Of a stretch of DNA of 64,000 nt, positions 9,994 to 20,703 are shown one piece after another. The first letter of the stretch is position 1; the number at the start of each line of letters is the position of its first letter. Where the stretch lies: IMG/VR virus record IMGVR_UViG_3300045988_153208; one strand, 5' to 3'. The position numbers were made by a program, and so were the translations under genes. This DNA comes from a virus. Below the pieces are notes generated by a model. It did not search any database, was not told the DNA's origin, and saw nothing but the letters and a program-made list of their open reading frames with translations.

Positions 9994-12900
9994 ATGCGAC
10001 CATATTTTGGCGTACACAACCATACTCACTATTCAAATCTGCGTTTATTAGATTCTATTAATAGACCAGAAGAGTTGATTAAAACAGCAGAAAAATTAGG
10101 ATTAAGTGGTATAGCAATTACTGACCACGAATGTTTATCTGCTCATATGGAAGTTAATCAATTTGCAAAAGATTTTTTAAAAGAGCACCCTGATTTTACT
10201 ATTGCATTAGGCAATGAAATTTATTTAACTGATACAAGAGATTGTGGTCAAAAGTATTACCATTTTATTCTATTAGCAAAAGATGAAATTGGATATAAAG
10301 CATTGAAAGAATTGAGTTCAATTGCTTGGATTAATTCTTATACTGATAGAAAAATGGAACGTGTGCCAACATTAAAATCTGAATTAAAAAATGTAATGGC
10401 ACAATATAAAGGACATGTTATCGCAACAACAGCTTGCATTGGTGGTGAATTAGGTTCTAATTTATATCCAATGTATGAAGCTGAAGTAGTAGGTGATATG
10501 CAAACTAAAAGCATTTATTATAATAATGTTGTTAAATTCATTGAATTTTGTATAAATGTTTTTGGTAAAGATGATTTTTATTTAGAGTGCGCTCCATCTA
10601 CTATGAAAGATCAACTTGTAGTAAATCAAAAGATTTATCAAGTAGCAAAAGCATATGATTTAAAAATGGTAATTGGAACCGATGCTCATTATTTAACAAA
10701 GAAAGATAGACCAATTCATAAAGCTTATTTAAATTCTAAAGATGGCGAGCGTGAAGTTGATTCATTCTATGAGTTTGCTTATGTAATGGATAGTGATGAA
10801 GTAGAAGAATTAATGTTACCATATATGGATACTTGGGATAAAAATAAAACTCCTCAAGAGATTATGAATTGGATTTTTGACAATACATTAGAAATTCAAA
10901 AGAAAATAAAATTTTATTCTCTGGAACGTAAACAACAAATTCCAAGAGTAGAAGTAATTGATTATAAAAAAGGATTCATTCCAGCAGATTGGCTTGAGAA
11001 ATATCCTGTTATTTGTTCACTGATTAATAGTGATGATATTCAAGAACGATATTGGGTGAATGAATGTATTAAAGCACTACAAGAAAAACAATTATATGAG
11101 AATGAAACATATATATCTCGGCTTGAAACTGAAGCTAATGTAATTAAAAATATTGGCGAAAAGCTTGAAGATTGTTTGTTTGCTTATTTTAATACATTTA
11201 AACATTATATTGATTTGTTCTGGGAATGCGGGAGTATTGTTGGCCCCGGTCGAGGCTCAGCAACTGGTTTCTTATCTAATTATTTACTGGGAATTACTCA
11301 GCTAGATCCAATTCGTTGGGGATTACCATATTGGCGTTTCTTGAACTTAGAGCGCGCAGAATTGCCTGATATTGATATCGATCTGGCCCCAAGCAAACGC
11401 CCGGCAATTTTTAGTGCTATCCGTAAAGAACGGGGAACATTAGGTTTAATTCAAGTTGCAACGTTTGGAACTGAAGGAACAAAGCAAGCAATTTTAACTG
11501 CTTGTCGTGGTTATAGAAGTGATGATTATCCCAATGGTATTGATGTAGATGAAGCTCAATTTATGTCTTCATTAATCCCGCAGGAACGTGGATTTTTATG
11601 GCCGATGAAAGATGTAGTAAATGGTAATCCTGATAAAGATAGAAAGCCAGTTACCACATTTATCCAAAAGGTAAACCAGTATCCTGGTCTATTGGATATT
11701 ATTGTATATATTGAAGGAATTGTTAATAAACGTTCTTCTCATGCTTCTGGTGTTATTTTATATGGTGAAGACCCATTTGAAACTGCATCATTTATGAAAA
11801 CTCCCAGTGGTGATTTAATTACTTGTTGGGACTTACATAAAGCTGAAGCAGCCGGAGATACTAAATATGACTTCCTGGTAACAGAAGCATGTGATAAAAT
11901 TATTCAATGTTATAATTTATTAAAAGAGGATAATCAAATTCCTGATATTGGTCTACGTGATTTTTATAATAAATATCTTCATCCAGAAGTAATAGATACG
12001 TCTGATAAACGTATTTGGGAACACTTGGCCGCAGGAGATATTCTTGACGTATTCCAATTCTCTACTGGTGTAGGTTTAGCTATTGCTAAAAAATTGAAAC
12101 CAAAAGATCCTATGGAAATGACCGCCGCGAACGCTATGATGCGTCTAATGAGTGAAAAAGGTAAAGAAAGTCAGCAAGATAGATATTATCGAATCCAAAA
12201 AGCTGGTATTCAAGTTTTTGATAAAGAAATGAAAGATAATCATTTGCCAGAAGAAATGATTGAAAAAATGCACAAGCATTGTGATAGATATTATGGATGT
12301 TGTCCACTTCAAGAGCAAATGATGGAAATCCTTATGGATGTCGCTGGATTTACATTAGGCGAAGCAAATAGTGCGCGTAAAGTTGTTGCTAAAAAACAAA
12401 TGGCAAAAATTCCTCAATTAAAAGAGCAAGTATTTAGTAAATTTACTAATGAACATAATGCTGAATATTTTTGGGAAAATGCAATCGCTCCTCAATTAGG
12501 ATATGCGTTTAGTTTAAATCACTCTCTTCCTTATTCATTTGTCGCAATTCAAATGATTTATTTAGCAATTAATTTCAATCCTATTTATTGGAATTGTGCT
12601 TGTTTAATTGTAAACAGTGGAGCATTGGAAAATGAACCAGAAGAAATAACTGATGAAGATTATGATTATTCTGGTGAAGAATATTGTGGTGCTTCTCCAG
12701 AAGATATAATGGAGAACAAATCAAAAAATAAAAAAGTGGCTAGCACTGATTATGGTAAAATCGCAAAAGCTATTGGAGATATACGGTCAGCTGGTATTAA
12801 AGTAAGTTTGGCTGATATTAATAAGGCTAAATTTGGATTTGCGCCTGATGTTGAAAATAATCAAATTTTATTTGGTTTAAAAGGATTGTTGAATGTTGGC

Positions 12901-13947
12901 GATGATTTGATTAATAATATTATTGCAAATCGTCCATATATATCAGTGAAAGATTTTTATTATCGCATTAAGCCAAGTAAGCAAGCAATGATTTCATTGA
13001 TTAAAAGCGGTGCATTTGATGAAATGATGGACCGTAAAGATTTAATGATTTGGTATATTTGGGAAACGTGTGATAAAAAATCTCGTTTAACATTACAAAA
13101 TTTAGCAACTCTAATTCGTTATAATTTATTACCAGAAGATAAAGATGAATATGTAATGGCAAGACGAGTTTATGAATTTAATAGATATTTAAAAGCTGTC
13201 TGTAAAGATGGTAATATCTATAAAGTTGATGAACGAGCGATTAATTTCTTAATTGAAATTGGTTGTGATGATTTAATTGGTAGTTGTTATTTATTAGATT
13301 CTAAGGCTTGGGATAAAGTATATCAAAAATATATGGATATATTCCGAACTTGGATTGCAGAAAATAAAGATGTTATTTTAAATCAATTAAATAATAAAAT
13401 ATTTAAAGAAGATTGGGATAAATATGCATCTAAATCTATTTCTGCATGGGAAATGGAAGTCTTATGTTTCTATTATCATGAGCATGAATTAGCCCATGTA
13501 AATAATAGTAAATATGGATTTGTTGATTTCTTCCATCTACCAGAAGAGCCTATTGTTGATAAAACATTTTCTAAAGGTAATAAAACAATTACTATGTATA
13601 AATTACATAAGATTTGTGGAACTTGTATTGCTAAAAATAAAACTAAATCTACAGTTACATTACTTACTACTTCTGGAGTTGTCGAGGTTAAATTTAGAAA
13701 AGAATATTTCTCATTATTTGATAAGCAGATTTCAGAAAAACAAATTGATGGTACTAAAAAAGTAATGGAAAAAAGTTGGTTTAATCGTGGCAATATGATT
13801 GCTGTTCAAGGCATTCGTCAAGGCGATAATTTTATAGCAAAAAAGTATGCTAGTTCTGGCGGTCACCAGTTATATAAAATTGATAAAATTTTAGATAATG
13901 GTGATATTGAATTAAAAGATGAAAGATACAATGGAGGAGCTAATTAA
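9994..13947 (+). CDS. dnaE: DNA polymerase III alpha subunit-like replicative polymerase (PHP domain N-terminus)
   Basis: 1317 aa with no TAG. The N-terminus has PHP motifs (GVHNHTHYSNL, ITDHE). It is long and carries conserved pol III alpha core segments. RBS GAAAGAGGTGG precedes the start. Confidence 0.8.
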   Translation: MRPYFGVHNHTHYSNLRLLDSINRPEELIKTAEKLGLSGIAITDHECLSAHMEVNQFAKDFLKEHPDFTIALGNEIYLTDTRDCGQKYYHFILLAKDEIGYKALKELSSIAWINSYTDRKMERVPTLKSELKNVMAQYKGHVIATTACIGGELGSNLYPMYEAEVVGDMQTKSIYYNNVVKFIEFCINVFGKDDFYLECAPSTMKDQLVVNQKIYQVAKAYDLKMVIGTDAHYLTKKDRPIHKAYLNSKDGEREVDSFYEFAYVMDSDEVEELMLPYMDTWDKNKTPQEIMNWIFDNTLEIQKKIKFYSLERKQQIPRVEVIDYKKGFIPADWLEKYPVICSLINSDDIQERYWVNECIKALQEKQLYENETYISRLETEANVIKNIGEKLEDCLFAYFNTFKHYIDLFWECGSIVGPGRGSATGFLSNYLLGITQLDPIRWGLPYWRFLNLERAELPDIDIDLAPSKRPAIFSAIRKERGTLGLIQVATFGTEGTKQAILTACRGYRSDDYPNGIDVDEAQFMSSLIPQERGFLWPMKDVVNGNPDKDRKPVTTFIQKVNQYPGLLDIIVYIEGIVNKRSSHASGVILYGEDPFETASFMKTPSGDLITCWDLHKAEAAGDTKYDFLVTEACDKIIQCYNLLKEDNQIPDIGLRDFYNKYLHPEVIDTSDKRIWEHLAAGDILDVFQFSTGVGLAIAKKLKPKDPMEMTAANAMMRLMSEKGKESQQDRYYRIQKAGIQVFDKEMKDNHLPEEMIEKMHKHCDRYYGCCPLQEQMMEILMDVAGFTLGEANSARKVVAKKQMAKIPQLKEQVFSKFTNEHNAEYFWENAIAPQLGYAFSLNHSLPYSFVAIQMIYLAINFNPIYWNCACLIVNSGALENEPEEITDEDYDYSGEEYCGASPEDIMENKSKNKKVASTDYGKIAKAIGDIRSAGIKVSLADINKAKFGFAPDVENNQILFGLKGLLNVGDDLINNIIANRPYISVKDFYYRIKPSKQAMISLIKSGAFDEMMDRKDLMIWYIWETCDKKSRLTLQNLATLIRYNLLPEDKDEYVMARRVYEFNRYLKAVCKDGNIYKVDERAINFLIEIGCDDLIGSCYLLDSKAWDKVYQKYMDIFRTWIAENKDVILNQLNNKIFKEDWDKYASKSISAWEMEVLCFYYHEHELAHVNNSKYGFVDFFHLPEEPIVDKTFSKGNKTITMYKLHKICGTCIAKNKTKSTVTLLTTSGVVEVKFRKEYFSLFDKQISEKQIDGTKKVMEKSWFNRGNMIAVQGIRQGDNFIAKKYASSGGHQLYKIDKILDNGDIELKDERYNGGAN

Positions 13948-14543
13948 TGTATAATATATTAGCATTAATTGGTGAAGCGGGGAGTGGTAAGGATACCATT
14001 CTCCGTAAACTAATTGATGATACAAAACATTATTATAATGGTAAATTACCACTACATGAAATTATAAGTTATACTTCAAGACCTCCAAGAGAAAAAGAAG
14101 TGGATGGTATTAACTACCATTTTATCTCAGCAGAAAAATTTGCTGAAATGATTTTATAGAATCAAATGTTTGAAGCTACTGTTTTTAATGAATGGTGCTA
14201 TGGCACAGGAATTGAGTCAGTCAAAGAAGGCGCTATCAATGTAGGAGTATTTAATCCAGAAGGTGCAGAGATTTTATTACATGACAAACGAGTAAATTTA
14301 ATTATCGTTTATATTCATGCAGATGATAAAATTCGATTAATTAGATAGTTAAATCGAGAAGCTAACCCAGATATTGATGAAATTATTCGTCGATATAAAA
14401 CAGATAAACTCGATTTTGAAGATGCTGATGATTTATGTAATTGGTTATATACAAATAATACTCCCGCGGAATTAGAATATATATATAAAGATTTAGCATT
14501 ATTCCTGTCTCGGTGGCCGGAGCATCTGGACACAACTTATTAA
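13947..14543 (+). CDS. Deoxynucleoside monophosphate kinase (P-loop kinase)
   Basis: P-loop GEAGSGKDT. The frame continues through TAG 14157 and TAG 14346 to TAA 14541-14543. Its ATG overlaps the polymerase TAA. Confidence 0.55.
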
Positions 14544-14562
14544 TTTATTTACAACAAACACT

Positions 14563-14599
14563 AAATATAGTGGATATCCTAATTTTTTCCACTATATTT
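14563..14599 (+). terminator. Hairpin (terminator or regulatory) between the kinase and nrdD
   Basis: 12-bp perfect inverted repeat aaatatagtgga/tccactatattt with a 13-nt loop. Confidence 0.45.
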
Positions 14600-14615
14600 A
14601 GTGCGGAGGTTATAA

Positions 14616-16886
14616 ATGTTTTATATAATTAAACGTAATGGCGATGTAATGCCATTTAACAAACAAAAAATTATTGATGCTATTACTAAAGCATTTATTG
14701 CTGTAGATAAAAATATTTTTGAATCAGATAGTATTAATAGCATCGCTGATGAAGTAGAATATAGAGCGAGTCATTTTCCCGATGGAAGTGTTAATGTTGA
14801 AGACATCCAAAATTGGATTGAAGAAGCATTAATGGCATCAGAGCGTCCTGATATTGCTCGTGCTTATATTCGCTACAGATATAAAAAAGAAGTCGCTCGC
14901 ACTCATTCAACTGAATTTATTGCAGCAATTGGTGAAAAAATTCGTGGAGCTAATATTCAGAATCAAAATGCTAATGTTGATGAAGCATCATTTGGTGGGC
15001 GTATGGGTGAAGCCAATAGTCTCTTAATGAAGCAATACGCTCTTGATTATATTGTATCTCCTCGCACAAAACGTAATCATGAAGAGAATATGATTTATAC
15101 TCACGACCTTGACCATTATGCTGTGGGTGATCATAACTGTTTATCAATTCCATTTGATGATTTACTTGCTAATGGATTTAATACTCGTCAAACAGATGTG
15201 CGTCCAGCCGGTTCAGTAAATACAGCATTCCAATTAGTTGCAGTTATTTTCCAATTACAATCTCTTCAACAGTTTGGTGGAGTGAGTGCTACTCATCTTG
15301 ATTGGACTATGGTTCCTTATGTTAAAAAGAGTTTTAGAAAACATTTTAAAGCATATTTAACTGATGTTGATGATTATAGTGAAGGTATGGCTTTACAAAT
15401 TATAAGTGATTGTGAGCCTATTGAAATTTCTAATAAAGAATTGCAAAGTCAATTTGGTCATCAAAATGCCTATAATTATGCTCTGAAACAGACAGAAAAA
15501 GAAATCCATCAAGCAGTTGAAGGTATGTATCATAATTTAAATACTCTTCAAAGTCGTAGTGGTAATCAACTTCCATTTACTTCTATTAACTATGGAACTT
15601 GTACTCTTCCAGAAGGAAGAATGATTACAAAAGCCCTATTGGAAGTGTCTCTTGAAGGATTGGGTAAATTACATAAAACTTCTATTTTCCCTTGTGGGAT
15701 TTTCCAATGTATGAAGGGTGTCAATAGAGAACCAGGTGACCCGAATTATGATTTATTTAAACTCGCGTTAAAATCTACTGCTAAAAGATTATATCCTAAT
15801 TATGCGAATGTTGATTGGTCTGGAAATGCTGGTTATGATATTAATGACCCACGGACCTATTTTAGCACAATGGGATGCCGAACCGCTAATGGATATGATA
15901 TTAACGGTTTAGGTCAATTAAAAGATGGCCGTGGAAATATTTGTCCAGTAACCATTATTATGCCTACATTAGCTATGATAGCAAAAACTAAGGTAAATAA
16001 TCTTCTTGTTTTTAAAGTATTAGATGAAGATAGCGAAGTAAAAATTAATGAATATATAAGAACATTTATGGATTTACTTGATGAAAAAATCCATGAAGCA
16101 AAAGATCAATTAATTGAGCGTTTTGATTGGATTTGTTCTCAAAGCCCGGCTTCAGCTAAATTCATGTATGAAAATAATTTGATGGCAGGCTATATTCCAG
16201 AAGAAGGGATTAGAAGCGCGCTTAAACATGGAACACTGGCTCTAGGTCAGTTAGGACTAGCAGAAACTCTACAAATTCTTATTGGCATTGACCACACTAC
16301 TCCAGAGGGGATGGAATTAGCAAAAAAAATTGAATCCTTATTTAAACAGCGTTGTGCGGAATTTAAGGAGCAATATAAATTAAATTTCGGTGTTTATTAT
16401 ACTCCTGCGGAAAATCTCTGTTATACTGCAATGAAGAAATTTAAGGCTAAGTATGGCGAAATTCCTAATGTAAGTGATAAAGAATTTTTTACTAATTCAA
16501 TTCATGTCCCTGTATGGAAAGAAATGAGCCCATTTGACAAAATTGATATTGAGAGTCAATTGACTGGATATAGTAATGCCGGTTGTATTACTTATGTTGA
16601 GTTAGATTCTACAGTATCTAATAATTTAACTGCTCTTGAACAAATTGTAAATTATGCTATGGATAAAGATATCCCTTATTTTGCTGTAAATGTTCCTAAT
16701 GACACTTGTCTCAAGTGTGGATATACTGGTGAATTCAATGATAAATGTCCAGAATGTGGCAGCAAAGAAATCCAGCAGCTTCGTCGTGTGACTGGTTATT
16801 TAACTGGTAATTATAAAACTGCATTTAATTTAGGAAAGCAAGATGAAGTTGAACATCGAGTCAAACATGTAGGAGTGATGGAATGA
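14616..16886 (+). CDS. nrdD: Anaerobic ribonucleoside-triphosphate reductase (class III RNR)
   Basis: 756 aa with no TAG. It has an N-terminal ATP-cone-like region, a C-terminal Cys cluster CLKCGYTGEFNDKCPECG and the glycyl-radical motif RRVTGYL. Confidence 0.85.
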   Translation: MFYIIKRNGDVMPFNKQKIIDAITKAFIAVDKNIFESDSINSIADEVEYRASHFPDGSVNVEDIQNWIEEALMASERPDIARAYIRYRYKKEVARTHSTEFIAAIGEKIRGANIQNQNANVDEASFGGRMGEANSLLMKQYALDYIVSPRTKRNHEENMIYTHDLDHYAVGDHNCLSIPFDDLLANGFNTRQTDVRPAGSVNTAFQLVAVIFQLQSLQQFGGVSATHLDWTMVPYVKKSFRKHFKAYLTDVDDYSEGMALQIISDCEPIEISNKELQSQFGHQNAYNYALKQTEKEIHQAVEGMYHNLNTLQSRSGNQLPFTSINYGTCTLPEGRMITKALLEVSLEGLGKLHKTSIFPCGIFQCMKGVNREPGDPNYDLFKLALKSTAKRLYPNYANVDWSGNAGYDINDPRTYFSTMGCRTANGYDINGLGQLKDGRGNICPVTIIMPTLAMIAKTKVNNLLVFKVLDEDSEVKINEYIRTFMDLLDEKIHEAKDQLIERFDWICSQSPASAKFMYENNLMAGYIPEEGIRSALKHGTLALGQLGLAETLQILIGIDHTTPEGMELAKKIESLFKQRCAEFKEQYKLNFGVYYTPAENLCYTAMKKFKAKYGEIPNVSDKEFFTNSIHVPVWKEMSPFDKIDIESQLTGYSNAGCITYVELDSTVSNNLTALEQIVNYAMDKDIPYFAVNVPNDTCLKCGYTGEFNDKCPECGSKEIQQLRRVTGYLTGNYKTAFNLGKQDEVEHRVKHVGVME

Positions 16887-17377
16887 GATACGCCGGAATA
16901 ATTAAAAATGATATTGCTGGAGCTCCTGGAGTGTGTGTCTCATTTTTCACTCAAGGATGCGCCAGACATTGCGAAGGTTGTTAGAATCCAGAAACTTGGG
17001 ATTTTAATGGCGGAAAAGAATTTACTACTGATACATTAGATGATATAGTAAATGCTCTTACTGCTAATGGTATACATCGTGATTTTTGTATTATGGGTGG
17101 AGAGCCCCTTGCTCCAGAAAATCTATTCCTTGTAGATTTAATTATTGAACATATTAAAGAAGCTCTTCCTAAAACAAAAATTTTCTTATGGACTGGATAT
17201 ACAATGGATGAATTGGCTATGCGCAGAGAGCCACATCTAAAAAATATTGTTGATAATATTGATTGTATTATCGACGGCCCTTTTAAAATTGAACAACGAG
17301 ATGTTACCTTGCCCATGTGCGGCTCACGCAATCAAAAAGTTTATTATGCTCCATTTGACTTATGGGAAAAAATGTGA
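16883..17377 (+). CDS. nrdG: Anaerobic RNR activating protein (radical SAM)
   Basis: Its ATG overlaps the nrdD stop. It has a CxxxCxxC cluster (GCARHCEGC) immediately followed by an in-frame TAG, then continues to TGA 17375-17377. Confidence 0.8.
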
Positions 17378-17383
17378 TATAAT
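17355..17383 (+). promoter_or_regulatory. Sigma70-like promoter with extended -10, inside the 3' end of nrdG
   Basis: -35 TTGACT at 17355-60, a 17-nt spacer, then TGaTATAAT at 17375-83. This is the same consensus as the promoter at 504-532. Confidence 0.55.
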
Positions 17384-17404
17384 ATAGAAAATGGAGGATA
17401 ATAA

Positions 17405-17950
17405 ATGACTAATGGATTAAAATGTATTGGTGTAAAAACCATTAATGAATTAAAATATTCTCCTCAAGTATTTGAAGATGGGGCAATAGCATATACTGAT
17501 GATAAAAAAGTATATTGTTATGTAAATAATAAATGGGAAGAAGTATCAGACTATGGTACTGTTGATAAAATTGATGATACTAAAGCTAATTTAAACTTAA
17601 ATTTATATGATTTAAATAAATCTTTAGTGCGTTCATTACCCGATCCCGATACAGATACATTAGGAGATTATCAACAAAAAATTAATAGTTATCATCGAAA
17701 AATGAATAATAATTATTATCTTATGTTATGTAGAGATTATAATTATTATACTGTATTCCATTATGAACCAACAATTATTGCTGATTCATTTGGTAAATCT
17801 GTATTAGATTGCCTCGCTGATGTTGGTAAAATTAAAACATTAGACTGGAATGAAGAACAAGGCGCAATTGAAATTTGGATGTCCATTGATGATAATATTT
17901 ATATGTTCTATTTATTTGGATATGATGCAGGGGTGGTGGATTTTTCGTGA
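17405..17950 (+). CDS. Hypothetical protein (181 aa)
   Basis: RBS GGAGGATAA precedes the ATG. Intact ORF with no TAG. Confidence 0.5.
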   Translation: MTNGLKCIGVKTINELKYSPQVFEDGAIAYTDDKKVYCYVNNKWEEVSDYGTVDKIDDTKANLNLNLYDLNKSLVRSLPDPDTDTLGDYQQKINSYHRKMNNNYYLMLCRDYNYYTVFHYEPTIIADSFGKSVLDCLADVGKIKTLDWNEEQGAIEIWMSIDDNIYMFYLFGYDAGVVDFS

Positions 17951-17982
17951 ATCGTTTATTTTGTAGCTTATAGCCATTTGAT

Positions 17983-18225
17983 ATGGTTCAACAAATTTAT
18001 GCAGTAGATAATAATGGCAATATCATAGATACATTTAGTTGTACGTTTGATGATATGATTGAAGCTGTTCCATCCTATTGCAAAAATAATAATATTAATG
18101 TAATTCATTTGTTAGGTATTACTGATTACACATTTGAAATGAAACAAAGAATGATGGAATTTTGTAAAACTAATTATGCATATGAAAATTTAAATCTAAT
18201 TATTGATTGTGGAGAAGGAAAATAA
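17983..18225 (+). CDS. Hypothetical protein (80 aa)
   Basis: Track ORF with coding-like composition. No homology was recognised. Confidence 0.35.
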   Translation: MVQQIYAVDNNGNIIDTFSCTFDDMIEAVPSYCKNNNINVIHLLGITDYTFEMKQRMMEFCKTNYAYENLNLIIDCGEGK

Positions 18226-18477
18226 TGGAATACCTAGTAAGTACAACTGAAGTATATAGAGTTGATGATGAAGCCAGTGCCACTTCTCTAATTGAGAAGG
18301 CTAAGCATGACAGTATGTATGAATTGGCTAAGTATAGTTCTGTAAAAAAGGAAAAGAAATAGAAGGGTGAGATTATTGATGAATGGTATCAAGTATCCTT
18401 GACTAAAAAATTCAATGATGAAAAAGACCCTATCTCTGTTGTTAATATTAAATATGGGGAGCAAATTGATTTCTAAT
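18226..18477 (+). CDS. Hypothetical protein (83 aa)
   Basis: ATG immediately follows the TAA of the upstream gene. The frame has one in-frame TAG and ends at TAA 18475-77, overlapping the dut ATG. Confidence 0.4.
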
Positions 18478-19033
18478 GATTAAGTTTGAAAGAGTTTCTA
18501 AATACCCTGATGCAGTAATTCCCACTCGTAGTACAGTGAATTCCGCAGGATACGATTTTACTGTAGCTGAAGATATTGTAATTCCATCTTATTCTAACCA
18601 AATGAGTGAAATGGTTCGATGGGGTAGAACAGGCCATACTTATGCTCTAACTGAAATGGCTAGTTTTACTAAAGAATTAAAAATAAAACCCACTCTTATT
18701 CCTACTGGAATTAAATGTTGTCTTGATGCTGATACATATCTTGAATTATCAGTACGTAGTTCTACTCCATTAAAGCATTGGATTATTCTTGCTAATGGAG
18801 TGGGTATTATTGATGCTGATTATTATAATAATCCCGATAATGAAGGACATATTTATTTTCAAGTAATTAATCTTACTCCATTTGATATTCAACTTAAAAA
18901 GGGAGATAAAATTGGCCAAGGTATTATTAAACCTTATCTAACAACAGATGATGATAATGCTTTTGGTCAACGGCTTGGTGGGTTTGGTTCTACTACAAGT
19001 AGTCCAGAAGCCAATCAAGCTAGTCTAACTTAA
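18476..19033 (+). CDS. dut: dUTP diphosphatase
   Basis: dUTPase motifs AGYDF and GVGIIDADYYNN, and a C-terminal Gly-rich motif RLGGFGSTT. Confidence 0.7.
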   Translation: MIKFERVSKYPDAVIPTRSTVNSAGYDFTVAEDIVIPSYSNQMSEMVRWGRTGHTYALTEMASFTKELKIKPTLIPTGIKCCLDADTYLELSVRSSTPLKHWIILANGVGIIDADYYNNPDNEGHIYFQVINLTPFDIQLKKGDKIGQGIIKPYLTTDDDNAFGQRLGGFGSTTSSPEANQASLT

Positions 19034-19542
19034 TGAATATATTATTCTTAGATTTATCATCTAAATCTACTGGATGGTGTTTATCTTCTGAAAAAGGGGA
19101 AATGCTTAAATGGGGATTAATCCCTATTTCAGGAGATAATACTCTTGAACGTATTAAACAAATGACTGATAAAATTGTAGATTTGATAAAAGAAAATAGT
19201 GTTGGTAAAATAGTCGCAGAAGATGTGCATCCAGAAGCCTATGGGAATAAGTCCCATACTGAACGTGTTTTAATGTGGCTTCAAGGGTCTGTGGCATTAG
19301 GTGCTCATAGTATTGATACTAGCATTGATTACGATTTTATTGAATTTATGAATTCATCATCATGGCGAAAATTACTTGGAATGAAACTTGGTCCAAAAGT
19401 AAAACGAGTAGCACTTAAACAAGCAGATATTGAGTTTGTAAAAAATAAATATGGTATAGTGGCTAATGATGATGTATGCGATGCTATATGTTTATATACT
19501 GCATATTTCACTAAATCTCAAGAAGAGTATAATTGGGAATAA
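19033..19542 (+). CDS. RuvC-like Holliday junction resolvase
   Basis: The N-terminus MNILFLDLSSKSTGW resembles the RuvC/RNase H-fold catalytic start. Acidic residues sit downstream. It follows dut by a 1-nt overlap. Confidence 0.5.
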   Translation: MNILFLDLSSKSTGWCLSSEKGEMLKWGLIPISGDNTLERIKQMTDKIVDLIKENSVGKIVAEDVHPEAYGNKSHTERVLMWLQGSVALGAHSIDTSIDYDFIEFMNSSSWRKLLGMKLGPKVKRVALKQADIEFVKNKYGIVANDDVCDAICLYTAYFTKSQEEYNWE

Positions 19543-19564
19543 GGCCAAAATACAAAAAAAAATA

Positions 19565-19615
19565 ACTCCTTATTTGTAAGAACAAATGGATAGAGATTCT
19601 TACGGAAAGGAGTTT
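19565..19615 (+). promoter_or_regulatory. Terminator-like hairpin whose 3' arm contains the RBS of the downstream gene
   Basis: Outer stem aactcctt/aaggagtt and inner stem gtaagaa/ttcttac, followed by a TTTTTT run. The AAGGAG of the gene at 19621 lies inside the 3' arm. Confidence 0.4.
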
Positions 19616-19620
19616 TTTAA

Positions 19621-20115
19621 ATGCTTGATTTTATCGCCAAATATTGGCTTGAGTTTTTATTTGGTATAATCGCATTAGGACTTACGGGTTTAGCTAAATA
19701 TTTTTATAACTTATATAAAAAAGAAAAATAGCGTTTAGAAGATGAAGCTCATGAAAAAATTATTAAAGAGTTAAAAAGTAAAATTAGTGATGAACATAAA
19801 ACTACAGCTAATTTATTGCAAACTGAGCGAAATTTATCTAAACAAGAAAATGATAGTTTAAAACAAGAAATTTATAATGTAAATGATAAAATAGATGTTG
19901 TAAGAGATGGCATTTTATCTATTTAGGGAAAACAATTTAAAAATGATTGTCGAAAATTATTAAATCCAGATCATGAAATCACTCTCGATGAATTTGAAGA
20001 AATTGAGAGCGACCATGAGACATATAATAAAATGAATGGAAATCACACGGGAGACAAACTATTCCAAATGGTAGAATAGAAATTTAGAAATAGTTTATCT
20101 ACTTATAAAGAATAA
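19621..20115 (+). CDS. Membrane-anchored coiled-coil protein
   Basis: The N-terminal hydrophobic helix (WLEFLFGIIALGLTGL) is followed by a charged coiled-coil region. It has three in-frame TAGs and ends at TAA 20113-15, followed by a terminator. Confidence 0.45.
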
Positions 20116-20120
20116 AAAAT

Positions 20121-20153
20121 AGCCGAGAATTAAATAAAACTTAATTCTCAGCT
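20121..20153. terminator. Bidirectional terminator between convergent genes
   Basis: Hairpin gagaattaa/ttaattctc flanked by A and T runs. It sits between + gene 19621-20115 and - gene 20163-20703. Confidence 0.6.
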
Positions 20154-20162
20154 TATAATAAT

Positions 20163-20703
20163 TTATTCTTCTATTTTATAATAATATTTTAAAAATTCAG
20201 GGCTAAAATCGTAAGCTAACCCTTCTGTAATCAATCCTTCAATCTCACAAATTTCTGCGGAAACATTTTTAATTAATTTTTTAGCTATTTTTAACTCATG
20301 GAATGCCATATTTTCTTTGAAGTGCATTGCAGCTTCTTTATAGATACTCAATGTTTCCTTCTCCCAATCGAGCCAATGGTAGAGACTCTCTTTACTTAAT
20401 GATTTAATAGCTCCCTTGGTAACATCCATAGATGTTTTGCTATACCATTCTGCTGGAATTAATGTTGTGTTTTCCATTTCAAATTGTGGAATTGAAAAAT
20501 ATATTTTTGCATAACAATCTTTAATACATTGAAGAGTTTCTAATTCTTCCTAAGATTGATGGCAATGGATTTCTTTTAAACCATCTAAACATAAAAAACG
20601 GTAATAGTCAGTCATATTTTCATGATAAACTACTCCCTCTGTTTGGCGTTTAATTATAGAAATCATATATTCTTGACAATCCATTCAACTCACCCGACCT
20701 TTA
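20163..20703 (-). CDS. Hypothetical helical protein, possibly ferritin-like or heme-oxygenase-like fold
   Basis: Track ORF 20163-20477 extends upstream through one TAG to an ATG at about 20703 (MDCQEYMIS...). It overlaps the stop of the upstream gene. It has His/Glu-rich helices. Confidence 0.4.

Noticed and set aside
19543-19620. A possible tRNA in the structured intergenic region after the ruvC-like gene (and other intergenic regions at 465-590, 9932-9993, 14544-14615, 20116-20162, 21470-21690, 22438-22530).
   Set aside because: None shows a GC-rich 7-bp acceptor stem or cloverleaf of about 72 nt with T-loop and D-loop features. The structures are simple hairpins with U-runs (terminators). 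No tRNA, including any suppressor tRNA, could be supported in this window.
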